Shown here: positions 27,741 to 40,300 of the stretch, piece after piece
How positions within the stretch are numbered: position 1 is the first letter of the stretch
Layout: the number at the start of each line of letters is the position of its first letter
DNA from: Anthoceros angustus
Taxonomy: Eukaryota; Plantae; Anthocerotophyta
Direction: 5' to 3'
NCBI GenBank assembly: GCA_010909165.1
Contig: VJWM01000234.1
Coordinates: 62,001-126,000 of the forward strand
DNA: 64,000 bases
Program-made: the position numbers and the translations under genes
The notes under the pieces: generated by a model
What the model was told of the DNA's origin: nothing
The model's input: only the letters and a program-made list of their open reading frames with translations
Database searches by the model: none

Positions 27741-29879
27741 GTGCACCTCCTTCACCCTCCGGTGCACCTCCTCCGTAGGTGCACCTCCCTCCCTACATGG
27801 GAGTGCCATGCCCTCGTCCACTACCACCTGCCATCCCTTCTACACTCGTACCCTGACACCCTATGCACCTCACGTCCATGTAGGTGCCCCCTCCATTCTT
27901 GTAGGGCCAACTATCACCCTACACCTACCCTCGTAGGGCTCTCATGTGACTTCTGCAAATATAATAAGTTGAAACACCTCACACAAAAGGTGCCCCATCC
28001 CGGTACTGATCCACCCCTAGGACGCTTAACTCTGGAGTTCTTACATTCCATTGTCCAACACACCCAATTGGCTTGTGCATAACACTCATCAAGAATAAAA
28101 TGAACTTATCCCTCGGTGAACTTCTCACGCCTCAACAACATCTCGTACCAACCCTCCTTGCTATCCATTTCTCCTCGCGGCCACCACAACGGCCTCCCTT
28201 CACTTTGACTTGCAGCCCCACTGCAAATTCTGCCGTCATGATGCACACCCGTTGTGATCCCTTCACCATGTTGCGGCCACGCACACGCCTATGGTTTGGC
28301 CACACCTCCATCTTGCAGCCCAGCTACAAATTCAGCTGCCGTGAGTGCTCTACCATGGCCTTTCCTAGTTCAATACATGCCATCCTCACATCGTGACTCC
28401 ATTAAGAGCACTTCCATGTGCCTCGGCACCGCCATGGCCTCCTCTTGCAACCCTTGTGGCTGCTCACCTCAACATGAGCTCCTCGCTCCCATCCTTGCAC
28501 CAATTGCTGCTCCTCTCTCGCATCTTGAGCTCCCAACCTAGAGCCTGCAGATCTGCACAATTCCACCATTACGGGCACTTGGCCCATCTTCCTGCAGCAA
28601 CCCACACATCTCTACCTAGCAGTCCTCCTTCTTGCAAAATCTCAGCAATATGAGCACCATGTCTCACTTCTTCCACATGTGGCAAATTACTTTGCCTTCC
28701 TCAAACTTGGTGGTGGCCCCAATAATCGTGCCTTTGCCTCTGCAAGCCTATCAGCTTGTGCAGCAACCTCAAGCTACTTCCTTGGCTTAATTGCCTTCAC
28801 CCTCTACTCCTCATTCTCCAACAAATTGCCTCAAGATCTTGACAATTCTCTTCCACTTCACTTCAATTCTCTCCCGTTCGCTTCAGCTCTGCTCTAGTTT
28901 TGCTCTAGTTTGATCCTTTTTGATCCAAAAAGTAGGAGTGCCCAAACTTTCATATTCCACAGGGGACTCACATCTCAGGATTGAGATTGATAAATGGTTG
29001 CATCCCAAGCCACATAAGAAGACCAGAATATGCAGGCTATGCAACAGGGAAGTTGAGATAGAGGAACACTTTGTTTTCATCTGCCCCGTCTACAAGGATA
29101 TCAGGAATGCTTATGACATAGTGTCTTCGATCAACCCGTCAACTTATTCATAGCATCTCGATCTTCGCTCCAAAGTTTCTTCTCTTTTCCTGACCCTCTT
29201 CTTACATGTGTTTGCTTGAAACAAATGTAGGATTACGGGGCAGAATATATCCAGCCTTTCAACCTGCTAGATATTTGATTTACTTCTCACCACTAATACT
29301 TTAATTTAGAACAGCAGTTGAACTTCAATATTTTTCTGTATATCTGTCTTTTCAGTCCCATGACGGAAATTTCATCCTTAGTGTACTTTAACATACTTCT
29401 TCTTCTTCTTCTTGAGTGTGCATTTTCCTGTGCTCCGCAGGGCTATGAGAATGGGAGGGCATGTATCCGCAAATTGTATTGATTTATGTTCTTCAAAGTG
29501 ATTGTTTTGTTTGGTGAACATTTTATATCCGAACTTTCAGGATTAAAGGTTTGTGTCACACAGCTTGCAGAACAATGGTAGATGGAGTAGAGTATATAGG
29601 TGTAACGTAGACGATCTGAACATACACACCACTAAAAATAGATGGGGAAGAAACTCGAACTCAATAGGGGCTTTGACGGAAAAAGACAAAGAACACATCT
29701 AACACGGTCTTGTCTTATACTAAAACCCGGCTGGGTTGAATGGGCATGGGAAATGACCCAAGGGCCATTTCCCACGAGGCTCACTTGGACCCGGTTAAAT
29801 TTCACAGAGTCGGGTTCGAGTGTTCACCAAGACCAACTAGGATCTCATGCTGCCTTACCTAGCTATGGGGTAGCACGAG

Positions 29880-31100
29880 CAAACATGCAGCATTGGCACA
29901 TTTTTTGCCCTACTTTCTGCTCTTTGGCAAGGAGCCCATGCCACCTAGCGCCATCGCCAAACATATGCAAGAGGTGGTTCAGGTGAATGATCCAGTTGCA
30001 TGGGCCAAGGTAGTAGGAGACCGAGCAGAGCTGTTCAGGTAGGTTATGCCAATGGCCATGGCCAACCTGCATATTGCCCAGCAGAGGGACATGTTACGTT
30101 ATGCTCATACATGTAGCGATAGCTTCCACTCGAAGCTCAAGATGTTTCAGATTGAGGATTTTGTGTACCTGCAACGGCAAACTGCTGATACGCTAGGAAT
30201 GTCACACGAGGTAGCACTTGCATTCATATGAGCACTTCCTCAACAGACAACAAAGCAATACAAATCTAATATGCAAATATAGGTGCAAACCAATCAACAA
30301 TAGGAGAGAGTAGCTCGCACGTCATGGCACAAACACACTCCCCCCACGAGAACAACATACAAATTTCTCATACATCGCTCTCGAAGTCATAGCTTTGGCC
30401 TCCTCACAACACTTTTGCATTGCATATCTAGAGGACAAGCTATGATTTGAGCTTGTTCTCTATGAAAGGGTCTATATATACTAGCTCCTGGCATCGGCAT
30501 ATTCCTAAGATATCTTATTGGCATCAGCATATGCTAGAAATATCCTAAGAATACATTGTAATGTGCAAGGAATATGCTAAAGGATATTACTTGTGCTTAT
30601 CCACTTGGCTATTGCTAACCATGTTTAATTAACACTAATCAACATCTAATTAATATTAGCGATTTATATTAATTAATACTAATTACTTAAAGATAAGTAA
30701 CTAGATCAATTAACACTGATCACACACTTAACCCAAGCGCTCAGATTAGCGTCACACGGCATGACAAAAACCAGCAACAATAAGCATGTGCTGAGAATCA
30801 AGAAGTTGCGTCCCAATGGGGTTCTAATTTTACAAAGTTCCAATAGGAGGACTATTGTTGACCACACCAAGAACTGCGCACCTTGTCACTCGCCTAACCT
30901 TGAACCAACCATTATTACGGCTATTCGGTTGCTGCCAGCAAATTACCCTCGTCAGAACATATAACACGGAGCTCATGCTGTTATGCGATGGGTGTAATGG
31001 AGATTTTCACGTGTTCAGTTTGAATCCGCCCCTCAATGACGTCCCCGAGCAACTTTGGTATTGCAACAAGTATGCAGCAATGGGCACTGGCATGGGTTAA
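29880..31100 (+). pseudogene. Ty3/gypsy integrase C-terminus with PHD finger, degenerate, split by solo LTR C
   Basis: MPMAMANLHIAQQRD..RYA..F.I.DFVYLQRQ; VLRIKKLRPNGVLILQ..DHTKNCAPCH; MLLCDGCNGDFHVFSLNPPLNDVPEQLWYC; purine tract 31190-31217. Confidence 0.8.
30200..30766 (-). mobile_element. Solo LTR family C (567 bp)
   Basis: TGTCA...TGACA termini, interrupts the integrase reading frame, homologous to 12827-13420. No exact TSD (aggaa vs aaaac). Confidence 0.75.
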
Positions 31101-31667
31101 TGGGCGTTTTATGAGGCAGGACAATGCTCGCTCATTGGAGCCGAGCGGGCACTTAAGATTTTGCCGAGCAACCAGCTCCTTCATTAGCTGGGGGAGGGGA
31201 GGAGAGGGGACGGGGGGTATAGGTAGGCAACTCATCTTTCTTTTTCAGGTAGCTGCTAAATATTAGCAGCTCCAGCACTTTCGTTATTTGCTACTAAGAA
31301 GCTGATTCCTGCGGCTAGAAGACAATGTGCTGATTATGATTAGGCAGGGGAAGAAGAGACTTGCATATTTTTCGTTCATTCAAGCTGAAGACACAACAGC
31401 TGTCACGACGCCAACAAGGTATGTGAACCACAACTCAGGTGAGCTACGCGTACAACATTGCATATATGCTAGAAGCTACTGGCTGATAAGTTAAGGCTAT
31501 ATACATTGCCCGGCAGCAACGACCAGATAGGTAAATACTAAGCTATGCATCATGTGATGCTACTAGTTGAAGGATGGTAAGTATAGATTAGATATACAAC
31601 TATAGAATTCTAGGCTATTATTAGAATTAGTCTACAAACACTGGTTATAATTGTCGTGTGGGAAACC

Positions 31668-32560
31668 TGTGGAACGCAAAAGTTTGGGTCCCTTTGTCAT
31701 TTTGATCCAATTTGTTTCATTTTGGTTCGATCTCGATTTAAGGTGACTGGCAGCTATTAACGGGCGCTTCTTTTCGAACCATTCAAGGAAGTTAGGAACA
31801 AGGATAGGACCTTAGAAATTTCTTAAGGATAGGACCTTAGAAATTTCTTAAGGATAGGTAGACTAGTTGGTAAAATAGGATCCTTTCCAAGTAGGTCGTA
31901 GGTAGGAGGACCTTAGGATGTCGCTCTATGAGCGTAAGGTATATTTCTGGATATTTCTTAGTCTATATATGTGAATAGGAGGGAGGAGGGGCGGAGGGGC
32001 AGAGGGGAGAATAGAAATTAATTTAGGGTTAGAGGGTATTGTAGCAATAGGGCGGTGCCTCTAGATATGATTGGCAGGGTACACTGCTGAAAGGGTCAGA
32101 CGGTGGTGATGATGCCACATGGCGGTCATCAATGGTGATGTCAATTGGGAAGTTTACTTCCCAATTTTTGCGGCCATCTTCCCTCTCTCTCTCTTTGGCA
32201 GTTTGGTGCTCTCTCCATGACATAGTGTGGCACCTGTTGACTCCCTCTCTATGTGCGAAGTCTATGGGCAAGTGTGCACGTAAGGAGGAGGGTGCGAGCG
32301 AGCTTGTGGAGCTAAAGGAAGCTTGTGGGTGAGAGCGCGCAGTGTGCAGAGAGTCCAGGGCAAACCCTAGAGTGAGGCGACGGTGCGCAGAGGAGGCAGG
32401 AATGTTTGAAGATGCTGGGGCACATCGCGGCCTTTATGTGCGGCGGCAAGCTCGCGATTGCATGGCGAGCGGCGGGCACATTGTGGAGCAAGGCTTAAGG
32501 CCAGGGCAAGCTGCCAGTGCCTAAGGGTGTGCATTGCAAGGGGGGGGCTTGGCGGTTTTG
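31668..32560 (+). mobile_element. 5' part of another giant-LTR variant
   Basis: TGTGGAACGCAAAAGTTTGGG..ttttgatcc terminus as at 14925; 25-bp duplication at 31800-31857. Confidence 0.6.
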
Positions 32561-32579
32561 GGGGTGATGAAATTCAAAC

Positions 32580-33000
32580 GCTTGCTCCAATTGCTTCTAG
32601 CACATTGATTATAATAAGGAGAGCAAGTATTTATATAGTATAGGTGATTATTGGTTGTTGTAACCAATATAACCAATTAACTCCTTAAATGACTATCTAA
32701 GAAACTACATCTAGCCCTAATAATTAATTAATCATTAATTCTAGGGATTTATACGAGCCCTAGCGAATAGTGCCCTAAATAGATATATATTTTTTCACTC
32801 CACTCACTATGAGCTGAGGGTGAGAATAAGCTAGGAAAATAACCTAAGGTTGCTTAAGAACTGCCCCTGAGTCAGAAGTCAAGTAGCCATAAAAATAAGT
32901 CTAACTTAAGTTTCATAATGAAAATGGGCTATTTAAGAAAACCAATAAAGAAGGGCCTAAATAGTAAAAATTCTCAAAAAGGAAAAATGGCTTAAATATG
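32580..33000 (-). mobile_element. Diverged copia-B-related 3' end (PPT + LTR)
   Basis: Reverse complement reads tcatagtgagtggag-TGAAAAAATA..tagggcact..ctaggg..ggttacaac, cf. 58993-59150. Confidence 0.7.
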
Positions 33001-33961
33001 GGAAATTCCTGAGAACGTGAAAATCATCTCTTATCCGGTCCGCGAAAAGACGAGATCCAGCAATAGCTGTCGTCCTCACAAGTCACTGTTGGAAGCTTGT
33101 GCGCTATGGTCAAGGTATCCAAAAGGGGATCTATCAGAGTGAGATGCCGAGGAGCTTGGATGCCGTCGCCACCACACCGCACACATAACTCGTAGACGCA
33201 ACAGCGTGATGCGCGCGGGAGCTTCGCCCTTGCCGCATCCACGCCTACCGCGATGTGGAGAAGACGTCGAAGGCCGACATCACACTCGCCTTCGCCCTCA
33301 GCTGTTGAAAATCTCAATGGCAAGATGCTCGCTTTGCTGAATCATGTTGGATAGAGGGGTAGTCGCAAAACACGCACCCCTGCTGCCTCTTCATCTGCAA
33401 GGAAAGAATAAGCACCTGCAGACCTTACACCAATCTGGAAGGAGGAAGGTCAAACGTCTTCTTTATTGTTGTTGTAAGGAGAGGAGCGCGCCCACGCCCG
33501 GCTCCTACACAAGATCAGCCTTGGGCGCTGTGGGGAACCACAGTAGACTTTAAACTCCCTGGAGTTCGGTTTGCTAGTTTTTTTTTGTTTTTTTTGTAGT
33601 ATTTATATGTTGGATAGGCAGCAGAGCTAGACAATAAGGCCTCTTCAGGCTAGATTATGCATCAGCCATAATCCCAAGATCCTGGTCTGGCGGCAGACAG
33701 GTGGCTAGCGGACGTCGGCGACCTCGGAAGAAGCCCGGAGGGAACGAGAAGGGTGAGTCCGAGCGAGGACCGGATGTATTGGCCAAATGATAGACACACA
33801 GGCGTCTGGAGGAACTAACTCGCATGCAGGTGGTCCGGAGATGGGGGAACCGTCCAGGAGCCATTATGGGCCGTTTCAGGGGGCAGCAGAGGTTTCACGA
33901 CCCATGGACAGGCACCGAAGTACAGTGACATGTGTGAACGTAAGTAGGGGTAGTACAAGAT

Positions 33962-36900
33962 GTGGACAGGCACAAGGCGCAAGGCACAAAAGGACACAAC
34001 CCTACGTGGTGCCTACGCCCGTCTCTCTTCCCTAGTGAGGTCCAGTTCATTTTGCGCAAATTGTCCAATTCTCTTGCGCTCCAGCTTCCCGCTCTCCAGC
34101 GCGCAAGCTTCCTGATGCTCAGGCTGTCTTGCTCCCATGCGTTCAAGCCTTCCGGTGTGCAAGCCATCTTACGCCAAGCCAGCGGAGCAATAGCGCAGAG
34201 GAGGAATGCCACAGCTTCCACCAGGCCAACAATGAGCACCTGAAGAAATGGCCCCCAAGAAATCTATGGCAGAGGCGCTCGTGCCATGGACCTTGGTGGA
34301 GGGTGGAGCGCAACATCACCACCAAGCACTATCCAGACTTCGGTCCATGGCTCCGGGAGGCGGGAGAGCTGGTGGCGGAGTTGCACCTGGACATGTTCCA
34401 GGCAGTGTGGACCTTTGACAATGTCACCTTGATCCGGGAATATGCCTAGAAGCTATTGGCAGTGGCGCGGAAAGAGGTCTGGTCGAAGAGTGTGAGAGAG
34501 GACCCTGGAAGATGGACGGTGGAGATGTTCAGGGAGGTGTACAGCCGGCCCTCAGAGGAGGTTAGCGGTGTCATTCGGGAGCCCCTCCGCTTGAAGGAGA
34601 GGCTAGAGCAGGCGAAGGCGTTGCTCTTAAGGTTGGATGTGTCGAAGGCATCCAACGGGTGGTTGATGTCGGACCTGAAGGACCAACGCATCAAGGCAGT
34701 GGCGAAGATGTTTGTCCACTGGAACATGTTGACCAATGTGGACCATCTTGGAGACAATTTGTTGGTGGTTCTGCATGTGCTCTTGAAGGAGAAACGGGCG
34801 GACTAGGGCGGCGTAATTTTTATTAGGGTGCAGCTGGAGGCAAAGAAGCTGCGCTAGGAACGTTCGCCTCTGTCGGGGTTGTCCCCATTCATCTTGCATG
34901 TGTGGGGGCACTTCAACCTCTTGAAGGACGGAGAGGAGGAGCATGCACTCTGTCGGGGCCTAACCCTCCTAGCCACGGCCAGAGGAGACGAGAGTGGGGA
35001 GGAAGAGAGTAGGGGAGAGACCGAGGAGGGTCCAGGAAGGCAAGAGTTGGCGGAGGATGATTGGGAGGGCGTCCCAGACGCAATCCGCTTGGAGCGCACC
35101 CCCTCTCCACCAAGGGAGCGCTGGGAGGAGATTCCTGCCTCCCTGCTATTGATCGCGGAGCCCCAAGGGATTGTTGCCACCACCGACAATAGCAGTGGTG
35201 CCAATGGAAGAAGGAGCGCCGGCGGAGAAGTGGCGAACGCGCTCCATGACAGCCACCAAGGGGCAGAAGAAGGTGACTTCTTCAACTACTCGCACGTTTG
35301 TAGGACCCTTGCCCTCGCCTCCTTGCGGCAGGGCCACCGGAGGAAGAAATTTTATTAAACTATCATTGCCTTCTTTTCAGATATTTATTCATAATAAATT
35401 ATTCATTCATATGAAAAATTGAATTGATTTTTCTATCTCAAGAAAAAAAAATCATTTCTTTATCATTTACTCAAATTTTTTTCCATAATTAAACTTTATT
35501 AATTATAGGTAATCCACCGAAAGAAGCGGTGGCCTGCCAAGAGGCGAGGCAAGGCCACGGTGGCCTGCCACGGTGGCCTGCACCATTAGTATGATGAAGG
35601 GTTATTAAACCCTTATCATTACTTTAGTAATCTACCCCTACGTAAATTATGGTTAAACATGAACAAGTCACTTGTTATTGTATTTAAACATTTTTGTCCT
35701 TTCGATTAATTCAATTTGATTATGCAAGATTAGCGAGCCTTGAAGTGCTCTTAGGCTCTCCCATAAACTTCTTCGCCGGTGGCCCTGCCTGTTAGTATGA
35801 TGAAGGGTTATTAAACCCTTATCATTACTTTAGTAATCTACCCCTACGTAAATTATGGTTAAACATGAACAAGTCACTTGTTATTGTATTTAAACATTTT
35901 TGTCCTTTCGATTAATTCAATTTGATTATGCAAGATTAGCGAGCCTTGAAGTGCTCTTAGGCTCTCCCATAAACTTCTTACTGCCCTGCCGGTGGCCCTG
36001 CCGCAAGGAGGCGAGGGCAAGGGTCCTACAGACGTGGGAGCAGTTGAAGAAGTTTGAGGAGGCGAGGGCTCAGGCGGAGTCCCTTAGGGGAGCGCTGGAG
36101 GGAGCGTGCCAGGCTGCAGAAGCGGCCAGAATAGCTGAGGGAGCTGCCAGGAGGACAGCCAAGGAAGCAAGGGCGATAGCAGAGCCACCGTAGGGAAGAA
36201 GGAGGCAATGTGGCAGAAGGAGCGCGAGGCCTGGGAGCAAACCGTGAAGGCCGATAGAGAGGAGGAGGAGAAGAACTGGTCGGAGCGGGACTACTACTGC
36301 TGAGATTGGAATGAGCCTCGGGAGTAGGCCAGCATAGCAAAGAATAAGCTCTAGGAAGCGGAGAGGGAGCTCTCCGATATGAGGAGGAATAGGGAGTTCC
36401 TGGAGCAGGCCAGGGCAATGCATCTTATTGATATGCATGAAAGGCTGGCGGAGCTGGCAAAACTCCGGACCAGCAAACAGGAAGAAGATGAGGCCTGACA
36501 TGGCACATTGGCGGAGGGGGAAATTCTGAAGCTAAGACTTCAGACTAAAGAGCAGGAGGTAAGTGCCCTGCACGAGGAGGTTCGGTTACTGGGCTTGGAG
36601 GTTTATGCTGAATCAAACTGCCATGGGAAGGGAGGCCCTATACCAAGGCGTAGGATCAAAATCGATCGACTCACACGAGAGCTCAAGCACGCCACTCACT
36701 TGGTGCAAGTGCCGGAGGCGGTACAGAGGGAGGTAACCCATCTCAGCGATGAGATGGGAGACAAGGAGAAGCGTCAAGTGGAGGACGCTCGCCAGATCAT
36801 CAAGACAAAGAGGCTAGAGGACCAAGTCTGCCTCCTAACGGCGGAAGTAGAAGCTCTCAAGACGAAGCCGGAGGTAGAGAGAGAAAATGAGCGGTAGAAG

Positions 36901-37320
36901 CTCAAGGAGCTGGCGGAGGTCTCCCTGAGTGCCTCCAAAGACACCGCCCATACTAAGCTCGCGGAGCTTAAGGCCAAGACGAAGCTAATGGCCTTGGCCC
37001 ATGCTTGGCTGCTGGACCAGTGGAGGAAGGAGTACCGGGTGTTGCGTGGGCATGTGGAGGAGGCCATCCAACAGGTGGACTCAGAGTTCGCATATTATCA
37101 CGCGGAGTTGTTGAAGGCTGTCAGTGTCGTGCACAGGCCTGCGGAGACTTCAGGACCGGAGGAGAGCTTCGAAGAGCCGACGATCCAACAGGTGGACTCG
37201 GAGTTCGCATCTTATCACGCGGAGTTGTTGAAGGCTGTTGACGCGATGCACAGGCCTACGGAGACTTCAGGACTGGAGGAGAGGTTCGAAGAGCCGACGG
37301 AGGAGATAGGGAAGAAGTGA
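33962..37320 (+). pseudogene. Accessory ORF type B (globular domain + acidic linker + long coiled coil)
   Basis: ORFs 34129, 34456 and 34879 share one frame broken only by three TAG stops. Coiled-coil ORFs span 35900-37320. Homologs at 44331, 51139 and 60889. Confidence 0.75.
35276..36053. repeat. 65-bp inverted repeat enclosing AT-rich filler with 206-bp tandem duplication
   Basis: Arms 35276-35340 and 35989-36053 (3 mismatches); duplicated block 35586-35773 / 35792-35979. Confidence 0.9.
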
Positions 37321-40300
37321 TGAAATAGGTCACTATTAGGGCACTCTTCACTAGGGCACCTAGAACTTAATGATTTATTTATTTGGCTAGGGCATTAAGT
37401 AGTTTAAGTAGTTTTCTTTAGTTGGTTACTTAAGTGGTTATTGTTACAACCACCTTTAGCCTTCTATATAAGGCATGTACTTTCTATCAAATGTAATGCA
37501 ACACATATTGCTTGAGCTTGTGTATGATTCTCATCATGGTATCAGAGCACACTTGCTCTTTGTTTGCTTATGTCTCCTCATGCATCTAAGTAGCTTATCT
37601 AGGAGACACTTTCTAATCTAGCATTTGCCTAGATGGATTGTGTTTATCCTAGAATTGCTATTTTTGCATGCATTCTTTTTATGTTAACATTTCTCTTCTA
37701 ACAATGCTTTTATGCACTAATTCTTTGCCTTTCCTTCATGGATTTGTGTTCCCTTAGAAGGAGGAGGCATAGAGTTAAGAAGAGAAGTAGTCTGCAAGAC
37801 AACAAGAACAAATTAGGAGCCCAACACATAGAAGCAATAGAAGACAACAAGCTATAGAGGAGAGATAGAAGAAACCTCCTCTTGTATAGCAAACTTCATT
37901 GCATCTATTTTAATTTCTAAACCGGATCAAGGGAAGTTTATCAAGCTAGCTAGACGTGATTTGCTAGAAGTTTTAGTCCAATTCACGTCAAGGCATTAGA
38001 ATTAGCTCTCCAACATATCCCAAATTTGAATCTGGTATTAGTACTCCTTTATCTTCTAGTCTGCAAGACAAAAATAGCATAGAAACTCTTAGATTTCAAG
38101 AAATTGATAATCAATTAGCAACTCTTAGAATCCAATCTTTTGATCTTAAGGAGAATTATCTGAATTAAGGACAAAATTGTCTATTCTCTCTAAGGTTGAT
38201 AATGCGCAGATTTGAGAGCATGCTATCATCATCCGAATCGATTATGATGCAAGAGAAGAGTTTCGTGCATGCAATAGAGAAGATCGAGGGTGACGAGGCC
38301 TAGTCCTCTAAATCACCTACAATGGCTGGAGTGATCAATGATGAAGAACAAAACTGCTCCTAATTCCCCATTGGGTAATGATAATGCTAACACTTCATTG
38401 CATTATCATTATGATAGCTTCAAAGAGAAAGATGATTCAATGGAAGGGATTATGACATCTGGTCATTGAGAATGCGAGGAGCTTTGCGGCAAAGAGACCT
38501 TTGGGGCATCGTCGATGGATCAATTCCAAGGCCACACGCCCGATTTGAACGTGAACTTCAACCTTCCCGGGACGGGACGAGAAGGCACAAGATTTATTGG
38601 TCGGTGGACTTTCTCAACATGGTGAGACAACGCAAAGACCTCCAAGGATATGTGGACTCACCTTGCTCAATTATATTCATCTCGAGATGTAATGAGTATT
38701 GTTGCAGCTTCACGTAACTTCCGCAACCTCTCAATGAAGGAGTCTGACACCATCGAACATCATGTTAATGCTTTTTCGAGTGGCACGATCTCATTTGGAA
38801 TCTGCAACTGGCGTACTTATCTTAGAGATGGAGGCTTACGTCATTCTCTTATCTTCATTGCCACCTTCCTATAGGCCCTTTATTACAACTCAAAATGCAA
38901 TGATTCATAATGTCAGAAAAACTGCAGATGAAGATCCAAATAAAGAGCCAGATATCAATGTTTCCGAACTTATTGGAGCATTGCTACAGGAGGAGGCAAG
39001 CAGACGTCACCATCACTCTAGAACCAGCAAGCAGCAGGTAATGTATTCACAAAGGGTAGAGGAAGAGGACGAGGCAGAGGTCGAGGTTCTGCTTTCCAAC
39101 GACCCCATATCCTGCACATACTTTCCATGATGGAGAGGCATCTTCTTCAACACCGCAAGAGGTAACAAGAAGATGGGATTATATGTAATTGGTGCGTAAT
39201 CCCAAATCACATGGAAAAGGATTGTCGTAAGAAGAAGAATGGGGAACCTCAAGGAGGCCCCACTGAGCTAACATTGCGAAGAAACAATCTTCCTCAACTC
39301 CAGGTGCTCACTTTGCTTGGCTTCTTCCAAGCCCTCCAATACCTCATGGTACTTAGACGGAGCTTCACATATTTGTTACAACAAAACTCTTTTGAGTCTT
39401 ACTCCCATGTGACACCTTCTCCTGGAGATGATCACAACCTACCCATAGCGGGTGTTGGTTGTATTCAAGTGTGATTCGGTCGTTCTTCATCTTCATCAAG
39501 TCCTCCATGTTCCTTCAATGTGCAAGAATCTAGTATCACCGCAAGTCTTTGTCAAGAACACACTCTGCGGTGATCCTTTATAGATAGTTGTCTTCTCTCT
39601 TTCATAAGTGATAGAAACTATACAATCTGCAGCACTTTAGATGATGGTCTCTATAGATTGTCGAAGACAAGTGGGAGCCACCCATTCGCTAATGTTGCCA
39701 TTCCAAACCCACACCTACCCAAACCATGCTTTGGCATTGTCGCCTTGGTCATCCTAATAGTCAAAAATTAATCCAAATGTCTAAGGGAGCTTTATATAGA
39801 ACCCTTGCCTTGCAAAGGTTGAACACCTACCTTGGTGCGAATCTTGTGTCCTCACTAAACGACATCAAGAGCCTTTCAAAATAAATCTCCACAAAGGGCC
39901 AAGTCACCTTTAGAGATAGTGCACATGACATTTGTGGACCCTTGTCTACACCCTCCTTTAGTGGTAGTAGATATTTTTGACCTTCACAGATGATTTCTCT
40001 CGTTTTGTCTTTTCCTACATCACGAAAAACAAGAGTGATGCCTTTCACTTCTTCAAGGACTACATGAAATGGGTGAGAGACTTACGGATCACAAACTCAA
40101 GACCTTACGTTCCGACAATGGTGGAGAGTTTACATCTCTGAATTTGAGGATTTTGTCGAAGGTATAGCTCAACAACTTACGATTGTCTACACTCCTCAAC
40201 AAAATGGCGAGCCGAGAACAAGAATCTACGCCTCAAGAGATCACAGTTGCTTATTGGTACAAGCTAAGTTATCTAAGGCTTATTGGGCGAGGCCCTCCTA

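Larger units (their letters stand above)
24989..28961 (-). mobile_element. 3973-bp solo LTR with TSD GGGGA
   Basis: TGTGGGA...TTCCACA termini; GGGGA at 24984-24988 and 28962-28966; the left end matches the PBS-adjacent LTR end at 48814; TATAAA on minus at ~26250. Confidence 0.93.
24915..29150 (+). pseudogene. Non-LTR retrotransposon (RTE-X/L1-like) C-terminal remnant, 24915-24988 + 28967-29150, split by solo LTR
   Basis: Removing the solo LTR joins PHYL..IIGHFRMG to H-LRIEIDKW..RICRLC..VEIEEHFVFICPVYKDIR (one 1-nt frameshift). This is the FRxGxHxLxIE..CxxC..E.HF.F.CP.Y..IR zinc-knuckle pattern. Confidence 0.8.

Noticed and set aside
29640-29840. hAT/MITE-like subterminal motifs (acccgg, gggtt)
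   Set aside because: No TIR pair or TSD found.
35420-35460. ttctatctcaa match to the last exon of the antisense gene
   Set aside because: Too short and AT-rich, with no flanking similarity.
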